Shown: positions 1 through 11,020 of the stretch, piece after piece
Position numbering within the stretch: position 1 is the stretch's first letter
Layout of the letters: each line of letters starts with the position of its first letter
Made by a program: the position numbers and the translations under genes
DNA from: Podarcis muralis
Lineage: Eukaryota
Direction of reading: 5' to 3'
DNA: 64,000 bases
NCBI RefSeq assembly: GCF_964188315.1
Contig: NC_135669.1
Span: forward strand, 42,408,001-42,472,000
The notes under the pieces: model-generated
Seen by the model: only the letters and a program-made list of their open reading frames with translations
Databases searched by the model: none
What the model was told of the DNA's origin: nothing

Positions 1-399
1 GTATTTTACCTCCCCAAGACAAATATTAAGCCCCCTGACACCTCCATGCAGTGCTGCTACTGCTGGACAGAGCTGCAGAGCAGCGGGTGTGTGTGTGTGT
101 ATGCCTCTTGGGGCTGCGGCGGCGCCGTCACCATGAGTCTCGCTGCCCCCCTGCCTCCCCTGCTGGGTGGGGGGGGGGGAGATGCAAGGGCCCATCCTCT
201 CCCAGCTCCTGCTTGGCGTGCTGCCCAGGTGAGGCAGACGGGACGGAGAGCACATCCGTTCAGGGCGGCAGCTGCAGAGGCATGCCCCTCAACATTTTTG
301 TGCCCAGGGCAATTGCCCCGGTAGCCCCCCTCCCATGCTGTGCAACTGACACAATCAATTTAGCTCTGATCTCCAGATGGAATGCTAGTTGATGTTGCC

Positions 400-400
400 A

Positions 401-457
<57 letters not shown>

Positions 458-1165
458 TTACTATTTACAGCCTGCCCATCTGGCTGGGTTTCAACCCAGC
501 CACTCTGGGCGGCTCCCAGTAGAATATTAAAAACACGATAAAACATCAAACATTAAAAACTTCCCTAAACAGGGCTGTCTTCAGATGTCAGATAGTTGTT
601 TATTTCCTTGACATCTAATGGGAGGGCGTTCCACAGGGCGGGCACCACTATCGAGAAGGCCCTCTGCCCAGTTCCCTGTAGCTTCACTTCTCACAGTGAG
701 GGAACCTCCAGAAGGCCCTCGGAGTCGGACCTCAGTGTATGGGCTGAACAATGTGGGTGGAGACGTTCCTTCAGGTCTACTGGGCTGAGGCCGTTTAGGG
801 CTTTCAAGGTCAGCACCAACACTTTGTATTGTGCTCAGAAACATACTGGGAGCCAATGTAGTTCTTTCAAGACTGGTGTTATGTGGTCTTGGCGGCCGCT
901 CCCAGTCACCAGTCTAGCTGCCGCATTCTGGATTAGTTGTAGTTTCCGGGTCACCTTCAAAGGTAGCCCCACGTAGAGCGCATTGCAGTAGTCCAAGCGG
1001 GAGAAAACTAGAGCATGCACCACTCTGGCGAGACAGTCCGCAGGCAGGTAGGGTCTCAGCCTGCGTACCAGATGGAGCTGGTAGACAGCTACCCTGGACA
1101 CAGAATTAACCTACGCCTCTATGGACAGCTGTGAGTCCAAAATGACTTCCAAGCTGCGCAGTGGG
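400..1165 (-). mobile_element. L2-clade LINE 3' fragment with (ATT)n tail
   Basis: HALVFSRLDYCNALYVGLP..LQLIQNAAARL..HITPVLKELHWLP, the typical L2 ORF2 end. Confidence 0.88.
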
Positions 1166-1207
1166 AATGAGTGTGCCTGTTCATTTCAAGCAGCTCACAC
1201 AACCTAC

Positions 1208-1506
1208 CTGTATCTTCCCAGTCTTGGCCGCCAGGGTCAGCGGTGTCAGCCCCCTTCGGTTGGCGATATCTTCCAGCTTGAGGGTGGGGTTGAGCCTGGC
1301 TCCCAGGATGAGGATGTCGTTGTACATCTTGGTGACAAACTTGGTGTTGTCCTCCGTGTTGTCGGCGATCTCCACCAAAGCGTGGAGGACGGTGTTGCCT
1401 ATGGAATCCTGGGCGGCAATGTTGGCCGGGTGGTAGGGGTTATCGAGAAGGTACTTCACGATGTTGAGCTGGTTCGTGCAGGCAGCCAAAGAGAGCGGCA
1501 GTTCAC
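1208..1506 (-). CDS. TRPV1: TRPV1 coding exon 5 ([13 protein letters not shown]...LAAKTGKIQ); the rest of the gene lies beyond the left edge
   Basis: [12 protein letters not shown] and GNTVLHALV motifs; 299 bp; canonical ag/gt. Confidence 0.97.
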
Positions 1507-1788
1507 CTGGTGGGAACAACGATGGACCATCAGAGTCACATGAACATCAGAGTCACATAAAAACCTATCCTGCCCTGGATCCTGCCAGGTGGAGAACTTG
1601 AGCTCAGGTTGTGGTTTCTACCCAAAGCTTTAATGTTTGGATCCTCTTCCTCAGGCTCTCCTGACCCGGCTAAAAACCTTCCCAGCCCACGGGGTCCCAC
1701 CTTGGGGGTCTTCTGTCGGCCTCTCCTCCTGGCTCGGCCAGCCCCCACCCAACTCAAGACCTAGGACCCTTCCAAAGACAGCGCCTAC

Positions 1789-1929
1789 CAAAATAAAACC
1801 CGGGCCTGCCGCTGATTTTCTGGAAGAACTCCCCGTGGGCTTTCGCATGGACGTCGGCGCCGTTCCTGACCAGGAGGTCCACAAGGTACATGTTTCGTCT
1901 CTCGATGGCGATGTGCAGCGCAGTTTGGC
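1789..1929 (-). CDS. TRPV1: TRPV1 coding exon 4 ([13 protein letters not shown]...GRPGFYFG)
   Basis: TRPV ankyrin motif [11 protein letters not shown]; 141 bp; canonical ag/gt. Confidence 0.97.
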
Positions 1930-2036
1930 CTGAAGAGGAGGCAGAACCGTGAGCTGGAAAGTCGGTCTTCACCCTCTGCCCCCCATTAATAGCTCCATAC
2001 ACGTCCCACCACCCACGGCAATCGCACACGCCTTAC

Positions 2037-2189
2037 CCTTGTAGTAGCTGTCTGTGTACTCGGCATTCACAAACTCCTTCAGGTTGTCCGTCTTCTCCGC
2101 AATCTCCAGCAGGAGAGGGATGGTGTCGTTCCGGCCGTTGTGGAGGTTCAGCATGGCTTTCAACAAGCATGTCTTCCCAGTATCTGGTT
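2037..2189 (-). CDS. TRPV1: TRPV1 coding exon 3 ([16 protein letters not shown]...TDSYYKG)
   Basis: [16 protein letters not shown] ankyrin motif; 153 bp; canonical ag/gt. Confidence 0.97.
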
Positions 2190-2217
2190 CTGGGGGAGGA
2201 AACACACAAAATTTATA

Positions 2218-2576
2218 AAAAGGTAAAGGTACCCCTGCCCGTACGGGCCAGTCTTGACAGACTCTAGGGTTGTGCGCCCATCTCACTCAAGAGGCCGGGG
2301 GCCAGCGCTGTCCGCAGACACTTCCGGATCACGTGGCCAGCGTGATGAAGCTACTCTGGCGAGCCAGAGCCGCACACGGAAACGCCGTTTACCTTCCCGC
2401 TAGTAAGCGGTCCCTATTTATCTACTTGCACCTGGGGGTGCTTTCAAACTGCTAGGTTGGCAGGCGCTGGGACCGAGCAACGGGAGCGCACCCCGCTGCG
2501 GGGATTCGAACCGCCGACCTTTCGATCGACAAGTCCTAGGCGCTGAGGCTTTAACCCACAGCGCCACCCGCGTCCC
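2218..2576 (-). mobile_element. Sauria SINE, subfamily A (gggcaggggtacc tail)
   Basis: tRNA-like head; (ACCTTT)n tail; TSD cacaaaatttata. Confidence 0.9.
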
Positions 2577-2946
2577 CACCACAAAATTTATACACCCAGG
2601 CAAAATGGGAGCAAGCAGTGGAGGTCCATAATGAGGGCACTTGTCTCCAGGTCTGGCGCCAGAGGATGGCAAGATGTGGCAAGACAGGGCATGTGCCAAG
2701 ACTCCCAAGAGCAGCAGAGGGCGCCCTTGCCATGACAGTGCTAACGTTGCCACTCTGCAAAATGTACCCAAGGAGATCAGATGCAGCCTAAGAGAATCTT
2801 AGCTTGCAGGTCCTTCCCCGTTCAAGGGGTCACTGAGGATGCCAGGCCCAAGATTTCCCCTTTGTGTGTATATGTGTAAATCCTGGAATCCGCACTGGGC
2901 AGCAGAGGCCCAGGCAAAAAATAGATAGAAAATATAGCTGTCAACC

Positions 2947-3305
2947 CACAGCGGGTGGCGCTGTGGGTAAAACCTCAGTGCCTAGGACTTGCCGATCGCA
3001 TGGTCGGCGGTTCGAATCCCCGCGGCGGGGTGAGCTCCCGTCTTTCGGTCCCAGCTCCTGCCCACCTAGCAGTTCGAAAGCACCCCTAAGTGCAAGTAGA
3101 TAAATAGGTACCGCTTTATAGCGGGAAGGTAAACGGCGTCTCCGTGTGCTGCGCTGATGCCGGCTCACCAGAGCAGCTTTGTCACGCTGGCCACGTGACC
3201 GGGAAGTGTCTCCGGACAGCGCTGGCCCCCGGCCTCTTAAGTGAGATGGGCGCACAACCCTAGAGTCGGAGACGACTGGCCCGTACGGGCAGGGGTACCT
3301 TTACC
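2947..3305 (+). mobile_element. Sauria SINE, subfamily A
   Basis: TSD tatagctgtcaacc (2933-2946 / 3306-3319). Confidence 0.9.
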
Positions 3306-3705
3306 TATAGCTGTCAACCAGGCCTGTAAATCCGAAGCTGAGAACCTGAGTCCCAAATGTGGCCCTCCATACATCTCTACCTGGCCCTCAGGTCTCTGCT
3401 CAGGCCACACCCCTCATTGACTCTGCTCCACCCCTTCCTTGAGTGTCTTTCCTTAACTGGAAATTTGTGACAATCCCTCATGCTTGTCTAGATGGGTGGT
3501 GGTGGTGTGTGGGTGTGGTCTGTGGCCCCTGGAAGGTTGTTTGGGAGGAAATGTGGCCCTCAGGCCAGTCAAGCTTCCCCCCACTCACCCACTCATTGCT
3601 CTATGTCTTACTCGGTGCCTTCCAAGGAAATATCCTCCACGCTCTAGAAATGGCTTTCGCGTCCCAAACCCCGGAAGGGAGCAATGGCGCACGATCCCCG
3701 CTTAC

Positions 3706-3887
3706 CTTTGAACTCCTCATCCGTCAGGTTTTTCAGGGTCTCCAGGAGGTAGGTGAGCAGGTCGTCCAGCTCGCTCGGATCCCCCTGGGCCACCGCGTCA
3801 AAGAGCCTCCTTCGGTCGTAGATCCGGAACGATTTCTCGGGGCGCACGCCCATGGAGGCTCCTCGGCGAGCCCCGCGATGGAGAAGT
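3706..3887 (-). CDS. TRPV1: TRPV1 coding exon 2 (..EKSFRIYDRRRLFDAVAQG...LTDEEFK)
   Basis: YDRRRLFDAV ankyrin-1 motif; cag|...g|gtaag; 182 bp, phase 2 to phase 1, consistent with flanking exons. Confidence 0.93.
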
Positions 3888-4210
3888 CTGCCACGAGGAA
3901 GGAGGACTGTGGGTTACTGGCTCCTCCTGGAGAACAATGGCTCAGGCCACAAATATATCGCCCCCCCCCCCCACATGTACCACCATGACAGCCTGAGGGC
4001 CACATTCACTTCTGGGTAACCTCCCAGGGGCCACATGCCTTTGGTGGGCAGAGCAGCACATGATGCCAATTTTACCTTTGTCCGGATGGCTGGTTTCTAG
4101 ACACACACTCACACCTCCCTCTCTCTATGTGCAGGGGCAGGGGGGAAGCTCAACAACTTTTGTGTCCAGATTTACACTTTTTGAAACAGGGCAACCCTAC
4201 CAGGGCCAGT

Positions 4211-4568
4211 AGGGACGCGGGTGGCGCTGTGGGTTAAACCACAGAGCCTAGAACTTGCCGATCAGAAGGTCGGCGGTTCAAATCCCTGCGACGGGGTGAG
4301 CTCCCGTTGCTCAGTCCCTGCTCCTGCCAACCTAGCAGTTTGAAAGCACGTCAAAGTGCAAGTAGATAAATAGGTACCACTCAGGCGGGAAGGTAAATGG
4401 CGTTTCTGTGTGCTGCTCTGGACTAAGCCAGAAGCAGCTTAGTCATGCTGGCCACATGACCCAGAAGCTGTACGCCGGCTCCCTTGGCCAATAAAGCGAG
4501 ATGAGCGCCGCAACCCCAGAGTCGGCCACGACTGGACCTAATGGTCAGGGGTCCCTTTACCTTTACCT
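4211..4568 (+). mobile_element. Sauria SINE, subfamily B (ggacctaatggtcaggggtccc tail)
   Basis: Full length; TSD taccagggccagt. Confidence 0.9.
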
Positions 4569-5198
4569 TACCAGGGCCAGTTAAAGAGGCATTGAGGGCC
4601 TGAATATCTACTGGCTGACATGCGTAGTTAAGAGGGCTTAGTTTATTTTTTGGCTGCTATTTTGTTCATGTTGGCAATGTTGCTTTATAAGTGCTGATTT
4701 GTCAATCATACAGTTTTTTAAGTTGCTAACATTGTTTTGTAGCATATCTGTTTCACAGATGATTTGTAAATCATTTGGTATTATTTATGCTGCGTTCTAT
4801 TCTGTTCTATCATGCTAAAGTCAAACCTCGGCTCTCGAATGGCTCCGTTTTCGAAAGTTTCGGCCCCCGAACGCTGAAAACCGGGAAGTAAATGCTCCGG
4901 TTTCAGAACGTTCCTCAGAACTCGAACGTCCGACTTGGCTTCTACCCAAGTGCAAGAAGCTCTTGCAACCAATCGGAAGCCGTGGCTTGGTTGTTGAACG
5001 TTTTGGAAGCTGAACGGTCTTCTGGTACGGATTACGTTCGACAACCGAGGCTTGTTTGCAAGCTGCTTTGGGATTCCTTCGAATGAAAAGCAGCATAGAG
5101 CTATGAAAAAACAGATCAGGTCGAATCCTGGCAGCCAGGAACAAACACCACCTTCCTGGTCTCCCTTCCTCGGCTGGTGCACTTCAATTCACATGTTA

Positions 5199-5643
5199 CA
5201 GTGGTACCTCGGGTTAAGAACTTAATTTGTTCTGGAGGTCCGTTCTTAACCTGAAACTGTTCTTAACTTGAGACACCACTTTAGCTAATGGGGCCTCCTG
5301 CTGCCGCTGCGCCACCACTGCGCGATTTCTGTTCTCATCCTGAAGCAAAGTACTTAACCCGAGGTACTATTTCTGGGTTAGCAGAATCTGTAACCTGAAG
5401 TGTCTGTAACCCGAGGTACAGTGGTACCTCAGGTTAAGAACTTAATTCGTTCAGGAGGTCCGTTCTTAATCTGAAACTGTTCTTACCCTGAAGCACCACT
5501 TTAGCTAATGGGCCTCCCTCGATTTCTGTTCTCATCCTGAAGCAAAGTTCTTAACCCGTTACTATTTCTGGGTTAGAGGAGTCTGCAACCTGAAGCGTCT
5601 GTAACCTGAAGCATATGTAACCCGAGGTACCACTGTACCACTG
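5199..5643. mobile_element. Two nested copies of a Tigger-like MITE (cagtggtacctc family)
   Basis: Copy 2 (5419-5635) sits in the TA of the right TIR of copy 1 (...gaggTA[copy 2]TAccactg-TA). Confidence 0.85.
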
Positions 5644-5823
5644 TATTTTGGAAAGTGCGAATGATATAACTTCATTTTGAAATCTGAACCGAATTGGAGT
5701 TCTTCTCCCTCCCTAGTTTTTCTACAGAGGGTGGTGTTAAGGGCAGGGCATCTTAGACCCCCAATCGTAACTCAAAGCCCCCCCCCCAGGGGACCCACTC
5801 ACTTTGGAGAGTGGTTGCCACAC

Positions 5824-6092
5824 CTCCCTCGCTCCAAGCTGAGGCTGAACTTCAGGATGGGGCTGGACACCATGTGGTCCATCTGGTAGAAGGAATCCAT
5901 GGGAGCCGTGTCCTTGTCTCCGTCCCCAATCCCAAACCGCGCCCGCTTGGCGAAGATGCTGTGCATGGTCGACCTGTTGCTGCCGGGTGTGCATGCGCCC
6001 GACTCCTCGCCTTCCAAGTGGTCGTCCATCGATTCCGAATCCTCCAGGTCGGAGCTCCCCAACTTCCGCATTTTCCCCAGGATTCCAGACAT
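5824..6092 (-). CDS. TRPV1: TRPV1 first coding exon (MSGILGKMRKLGSSDLEDSE...KFSLSLERG)
   Basis: N-terminus resembles avian/reptile TRPV1 (MSxILxKMxKxGSSDxE; DKDxAPMDSFYQMDH). ATG at 6092, acceptor AG just upstream (6136 or 6143), donor AG|gtgtgg at 5823. Lies next to SHPK as in the amniote cluster. Confidence 0.9.
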
Positions 6093-6742
6093 GTTCCGGA
6101 GAACGAGGCTGGGGGGGGGAGTGTTCCGACTCTCCCTGAAAGCTAAGGGAAAGAAATAAAAAAGGAAATTAATAATAGCATGCTGGATCAGGCCCGCATC
6201 GCCCATCTGTTTTTTCTTCCTCAATTTTTTAAATGAATTTTCAAAAATTCAAAACAGACAAACAAACATGCATACATCCTGTTTAAATCTGGGTAACATT
6301 ATTAAGTGACTTCCTCAAATCCCCTTGGTTGAATTTCATTATATATCATTTTTCCAAAATCAATTTTCTCAAAAAATTAACCTGATCTCTTAACATCTTT
6401 CATTCTTTCTAATGTAGCTTTAAACATCTTATCCTTACATATTTAAATCCTAAGCCTATCTATTTTTTTTGCAAGCTTTTCCAATTAAGTTATCTTAACA
6501 TATTTAGCTAATCGGTCTTTAAATTTCATCTGCATCACCCATCTGAGCTGCAAGAAGGATCTGAGCGCAAGAGTTCTTTCCCCCCTTCCTGCAGTTTCAA
6601 GCAACTCGCATTTAGAAGCCCTGCTGCTTCTGCAGAACAACAGTCGTCATGACCAGCAGCCACTGACAGCTTTCTTCTCTTCCTTGAATTTGTCTATTCT
6701 TCTTTTAAAGACATCCAAGTTAGCAGCCATCACTGTCTCCTG

Positions 6743-6832
6743 CATAGCTGTCAACATTTCCCTTTTTTAAAGGGAAATTCCCTTATTCTGAATAGGATTC
6801 CTCGCAAGAAAATCAAAAAGTTGACAGCTATG
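6743..6832. mobile_element. 90-bp hAT-type MITE
   Basis: Perfect 13-bp TIR catagctgtcaac; 8-bp TSD gtctcctg (6735-6742 / 6833-6840). Confidence 0.88.
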
Positions 6833-6843
6833 GTCTCCTGCAA

Positions 6844-7199
6844 AGGGATGCGGGTGGCGCTGTGGGTTAAACCACAAAGCCTAGGACATGCCGATCAGAA
6901 GGTCAGCGTTTCGAATCCCCGCGACGGGGTGAGCTCCCGTTGCTCAGTCCCTGCTCCTGCCAACCTAGCAGTTCAAAAGCACCTCAAAGTGCAAGTAGAT
7001 AAATAGGTACTGCTCCGGCGGGAAGGTAAACGGCGTTTCCGTGCGCTGCTCTGGTTCGCCAGAAGCGGCTTAGTCATGCTGGCCACGTGACCCGGAAGCT
7101 GTACGCCGGTTCCCTCGGCCAGTAAAGTGAGATGAGCGTTGCAACCCCAGAGTCGGCCACGACTGGACCTAATGGTCAGGGGTCCCTTTACCTTTACCT
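6844..7199 (+). mobile_element. Sauria SINE, subfamily B
   Basis: TSD tatggtctcctgca. Confidence 0.9.
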
Positions 7200-7727
7200 T
7201 ATGGTCTCCTGCAGAAAGGAGTTCCATAGTTCATACACTGCGTGAAGAAGGGCTTTATCTGTCCTGAATCTTTCACAAGTTCTAGCGTTAGGGGAGAGGG
7301 AGAAATTTCCCCCTCAACCTGCTTCCTCCCTACCATGCAGAAGTTTTATAAACTCCTTTTCACACTGCCTTTTCTTACTTGCCTTTTCTCTCAACTAAAA
7401 GGTTCCAAACGCTCCAATCTTGACGCCATCCTTCCAATCATTTGCTTGCCCTTTTCTGAATCTTTACCAACCCTGCAGTATTCTTTCCCAGGCGACCAGG
7501 ACTGTCCACATTACTCCGAATGCAGTTGCACCAGAGATTTGTGTAAAGGGTTTTTGGTACCATGCTTCCAAATCCTTTCCTAATGATCCCTAGCGTGGAT
7601 TTTGCTTTTTTCACAGCTGCCACAAACTGTGCTGTGCGAAGGAAGTCCTTTCTTTTATTTATTTATATTTATATAGACTAGAGCATTTGTACCCTGCTCT
7701 TCAGCAAAAAAATTGTTCCCAGAGCGC

Positions 7728-8213
7728 AGGGCCAGATTTAGGTTTGATGAGGCCCTCAGCTCCTGAAGGTAAAGTGGCCCTTTCTATGTCCAGCTGTCCT
7801 TTGTCAACAACAAATTGTCGCTGATTTTTTGTGTTGAAGATACGCTATATGTTAATTTGTGGACCTAATAGGTATCTAAAGCCATTGGCACGTAACAAAA
7901 TATGTATTTTATCAAAGTAATTGAACTGAAATACAATTAAGAAGTATATTAACAGTGAAATACTTAAGAAGCAGTATATTAAGTGAAATAATTATTAAGC
8001 TCCAACTTAAAATGATTGGGGGCCCATTACTTACATCCTAGGAGCCTACACAACACAAAACACTGTTGCTGTATGTAGGTTTTATTTTATTTGTTTTTTA
8101 TCTTATATTTTGGAAATGTACGTTGGGTTTTTTCCTTTCAATTTTTTGGGGGCCCCCCAAGAGACGGGGGCCTAAGCTATAGCTTGTTTAGCTTATACAT
8201 AAATCCAGCTCTG
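7728..8213. mobile_element. hAT-type MITE (486 bp)
   Basis: Imperfect TIR cagggccagattta / taaatccagctctg; 8-bp TSD ccagagcg (7720-7727 / 8214-8221). Confidence 0.8.
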
Positions 8214-8689
8214 CCAGAGCGGCTTACACACAATCTTTTGTCTCTCCTGCATCTTCCAGCGTTGCGCCTCAATAGATTACCCCAAGTTCTAGTATTCATT
8301 AGAGTATTTACTTTCTCCCCATCATGCATAATCTTCTACACCTCTGTCATGTTCAAGGGTTTGGACTAGAACTAGATCATCCCTGTGGTCCATTCAAAGT
8401 CTATGAATATTTGAGAGTGTCTGTGTGTGTGTCCCTTAACTCACCTTTTTAAAAAAAACATTATTTTTTCAAAAGCCCCAAATGCTGTACCCTGCCTTCA
8501 CGAGAGAGTTGCTGCAGCCCTCATAATAATTTCAGTTAATGTTTTCTGAACTTTCCCCAGCTCATAACAATATCCTTTTGGAACGTGAGGTGACCAGAAC
8601 AGTACACAGTATTCCAAGTGTGATCTTCCCGCATGTTCTACCTACAACAGCTCTGCAAGGTAGGCTTAATAATAATAATAATAATAGGA

Positions 8690-9110
8690 AGAAGAAGAAG
8701 GCTATTTATGTATGCCACTACTGCGGCTCCTGTTTGGTTAGCCCCAAAGTGGAAAAAGAGCGAAGTCCCAACCAAAGAAGAATGGCAACTTAAACTGATG
8801 GAATATGCACAGCTTGCGGACCTATCAAATAAGAGAACATGTTTAAAGAAGGTTGGAAAATGTTTATTGAATATATGTAGTCAAATTGTGTATATCTGAA
8901 AACGTGGGCAGCATTAAGATAAATTCAACAGTGTAAATAAATTTTGATGGATGTTATAATGGAATACGGAATGGTTTAATTTATATAAAATATGCAGGCA
9001 TTTATGATATGCAAAATATACCATGGAAAGAGAAGAAGGGAAGTCATTGATATTTTAAGGTTGTTTAAGTGAATATTTTAAAATGTAAAACAGAAATTTA
9101 ATAATAATTT
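8690..9110 (+). mobile_element. L1/Tx1-like LINE 3' fragment
   Basis: YATTAA..LAPKWK..VPTKEEWQLKLMEYA resembles squamate L1-clade ORF2 ends; AT-rich tail. Similar pieces at about 6230-6520, 14100-14370, 32030-32410 and 41120-41410. Confidence 0.5.
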
Positions 9111-9496
9111 GGTTTTTTTACCATTGTAACTCAAAGTGACTTACAGTATAAACAAACACATCCATTAAGACCAGCATAAAGCATGAAGGAATCTAAAAGA
9201 CAATTCTGTCTTCAAAAAGCTGAATAAAGACACCCCAAGCACTCAAGAATGCCATAGGTAACCTGGTGAAAAAAGAAGTGGTTTTGCCTGGTGCCTAAAG
9301 ATACTATAATCCCTAGTACCGCAGGTTGGTGTGAAGTTGCCGGGGAATGTGGGTGGGTAAGGAACTGAGAATAGTAATAACAATACTGTAATAGCAGTAT
9401 TGGGACGGTGCAGCTGATGGTAGCAACCGATGGAAGTCAAAAGGACATATCCAAACTGGATTTCATGAGCATTGCATGCACAGCAAGCAAACAACC

Positions 9497-9940
9497 CTAG
9501 CTCAGTGGCAGAACACCTGTGTTCAGAACCATGAGGACTAGAATCCCGATTTATTTTTAGGGGAAGAGCTGTAGCTCAGTGGCAGAACACCTGCTTTGCA
9601 TGCAGAAGGTCCCAAGTTTGATCCCCGGCATCTCCAGGTAAGGCTGAGACCTTCTGCCACTGAAGCTAGATGGACCAATGGCCTCTCTCTATAAAACAGC
9701 TTCTGGAGTCCCTATTTAAATCAGCCCATAATTCACAACAAAGAGGACTAGAACCATGATTAATTTTAGGGGGAAGAGCTGTGGCTCAAGAGCCTGCTTT
9801 GCATGCAGAAGGTCTGTGGTCCAAACTCCAACCCAGGGATAATGCTCCTTGCCTGAAACCCTGAAGAGATGCTGCCAGTCAGTGCAGACAGAACTGAGCT
9901 GTATGCGCCCCATGGTTTGACGCTGTATAAGGCAGCTTCC
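9497..9940 (+). mobile_element. Head-to-tail tRNA-SINE multimer with CCATGAGGACTAG linker
   Basis: aggggaagagctgtagctcagtgg..ctgctttgcatgcagaaggtccc heads separated by the linker. Confidence 0.7.
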
Positions 9941-10589
9941 AGCGTTCCTAGGAAAGTAAATCGCAGAACTTACAGCTCTCGAAAGGGTCCTTCTTCTGCA
10001 ACTGGATCCTCGTCTCAGCAAACTTTTCGCGTCCTGCAAGAGCGTCTGAAGCCAAATCGCCTCTTTTTAGGCGTTGGCTGGAGGGGTGGGGGATATCAGA
10101 AGCCTGTTTCTCTCTGTGCTTGTAGATTGGACCATACAGTGGCGGTTTTAATAAGCAGGCGGCAGTGATGTGGAGCGCAAACCCGGACTTGAGTGATACA
10201 ATAATGGAGAAATCGGCCCGGGGAAGCCAAAGCGATTGCTATTCCCAGGAGTCCTCCAGAGGCTTTTTGCAAACAAACAAATCAAATAAATCTTTGCTCG
10301 GGATTTTATTCCCCACTCCCCAGCACACTTACAGTTTAGTGGCAGACATTTCCTGAGACAATGGAAAAAATACATTTAAATTGCAGCCATCATCTGGGGC
10401 TCGAATAGTTACAGGTTTCTGCACAACCACACTCCTGTGCAGCCTACCGTATCCATTCTCTGCCTACTTTTGCCTCTGGCCTCCAGAAGGCTGTGCAGAA
10501 GGGAAGGTGGCCACTGGTCTGAAAAATGTAGTATACGGGGCTGAGCGATCATTAAAATCTGAACCTTAGCTAGGAAAGAGGAACGCAGA

Positions 10590-11020
10590 AGTTAGAGGAA
10601 GCTGCATCATACTGCCTCATACCATTGGTCCCAGTATTGCCCACACTGACTGGCAGTGTGGCTCTCCGGGGTTTAAAGCAGGGGACATTCCCAGCCTCTA
10701 CTAGTTGATGCCAGGGAACCCGAGACGCCTTCTGAACCTGGGACCTCTATCACTAAGCTCCAGCTCTTCCGTTAAAAAATAAAGCCAAGATTCTAGTCCT
10801 CATGGTTCTGAACTAAAGAATGATTGAATAGGAACAGCTGCCTTCTATTGAACCAGATCACCTAACACAGTACACAGCCTACAGGGACTGGCAGGAGCTT
10901 CCCCGAATTTTAGGCTGGGGTCCTCTTTCCCAGCCCCACCTGGAGACATTAAGGGTGGAATCTGGGACCCTCCTCACGCAGAGCAGATGCTCTGCCACTG
11001 AGCCAGAGCTCTTCCCTTCG
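10590..11020 (-). mobile_element. tRNA-SINE dimer with the same linker
   Basis: gattctagtcctcatggttctgaact at about 10790-10815 between two SINE units. Confidence 0.7.

Larger units (their letters stand above)
6640..7640 (-). mobile_element. Degenerate CR1 ORF2 fragment, interrupted by a hAT MITE and a Sauria SINE
   Basis: AAVKKAKSTLGIIRKG...KIQKRASK resembles the CR1 RT C-terminus; the sequence continues across the inserts. Confidence 0.65.

Noticed and set aside
835-1101. Independent protein-coding gene
   Set aside because: 3' fragment of L2 ORF2, truncated and with an in-frame stop upstream
1208-6092. Assignment as TRPV3, TRPV2 or TRPV4
   Set aside because: The N-terminus and ankyrin sequences fit TRPV1 best, and TRPV1 is the SHPK neighbour; a phylogeny would confirm
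6093-6224. Longer TRPV1 N-terminus from the ATG at 6224
   Set aside because: Crosses a polypyrimidine tract and acceptor, so it is intronic; homology starts at MSGILGKM (6092)
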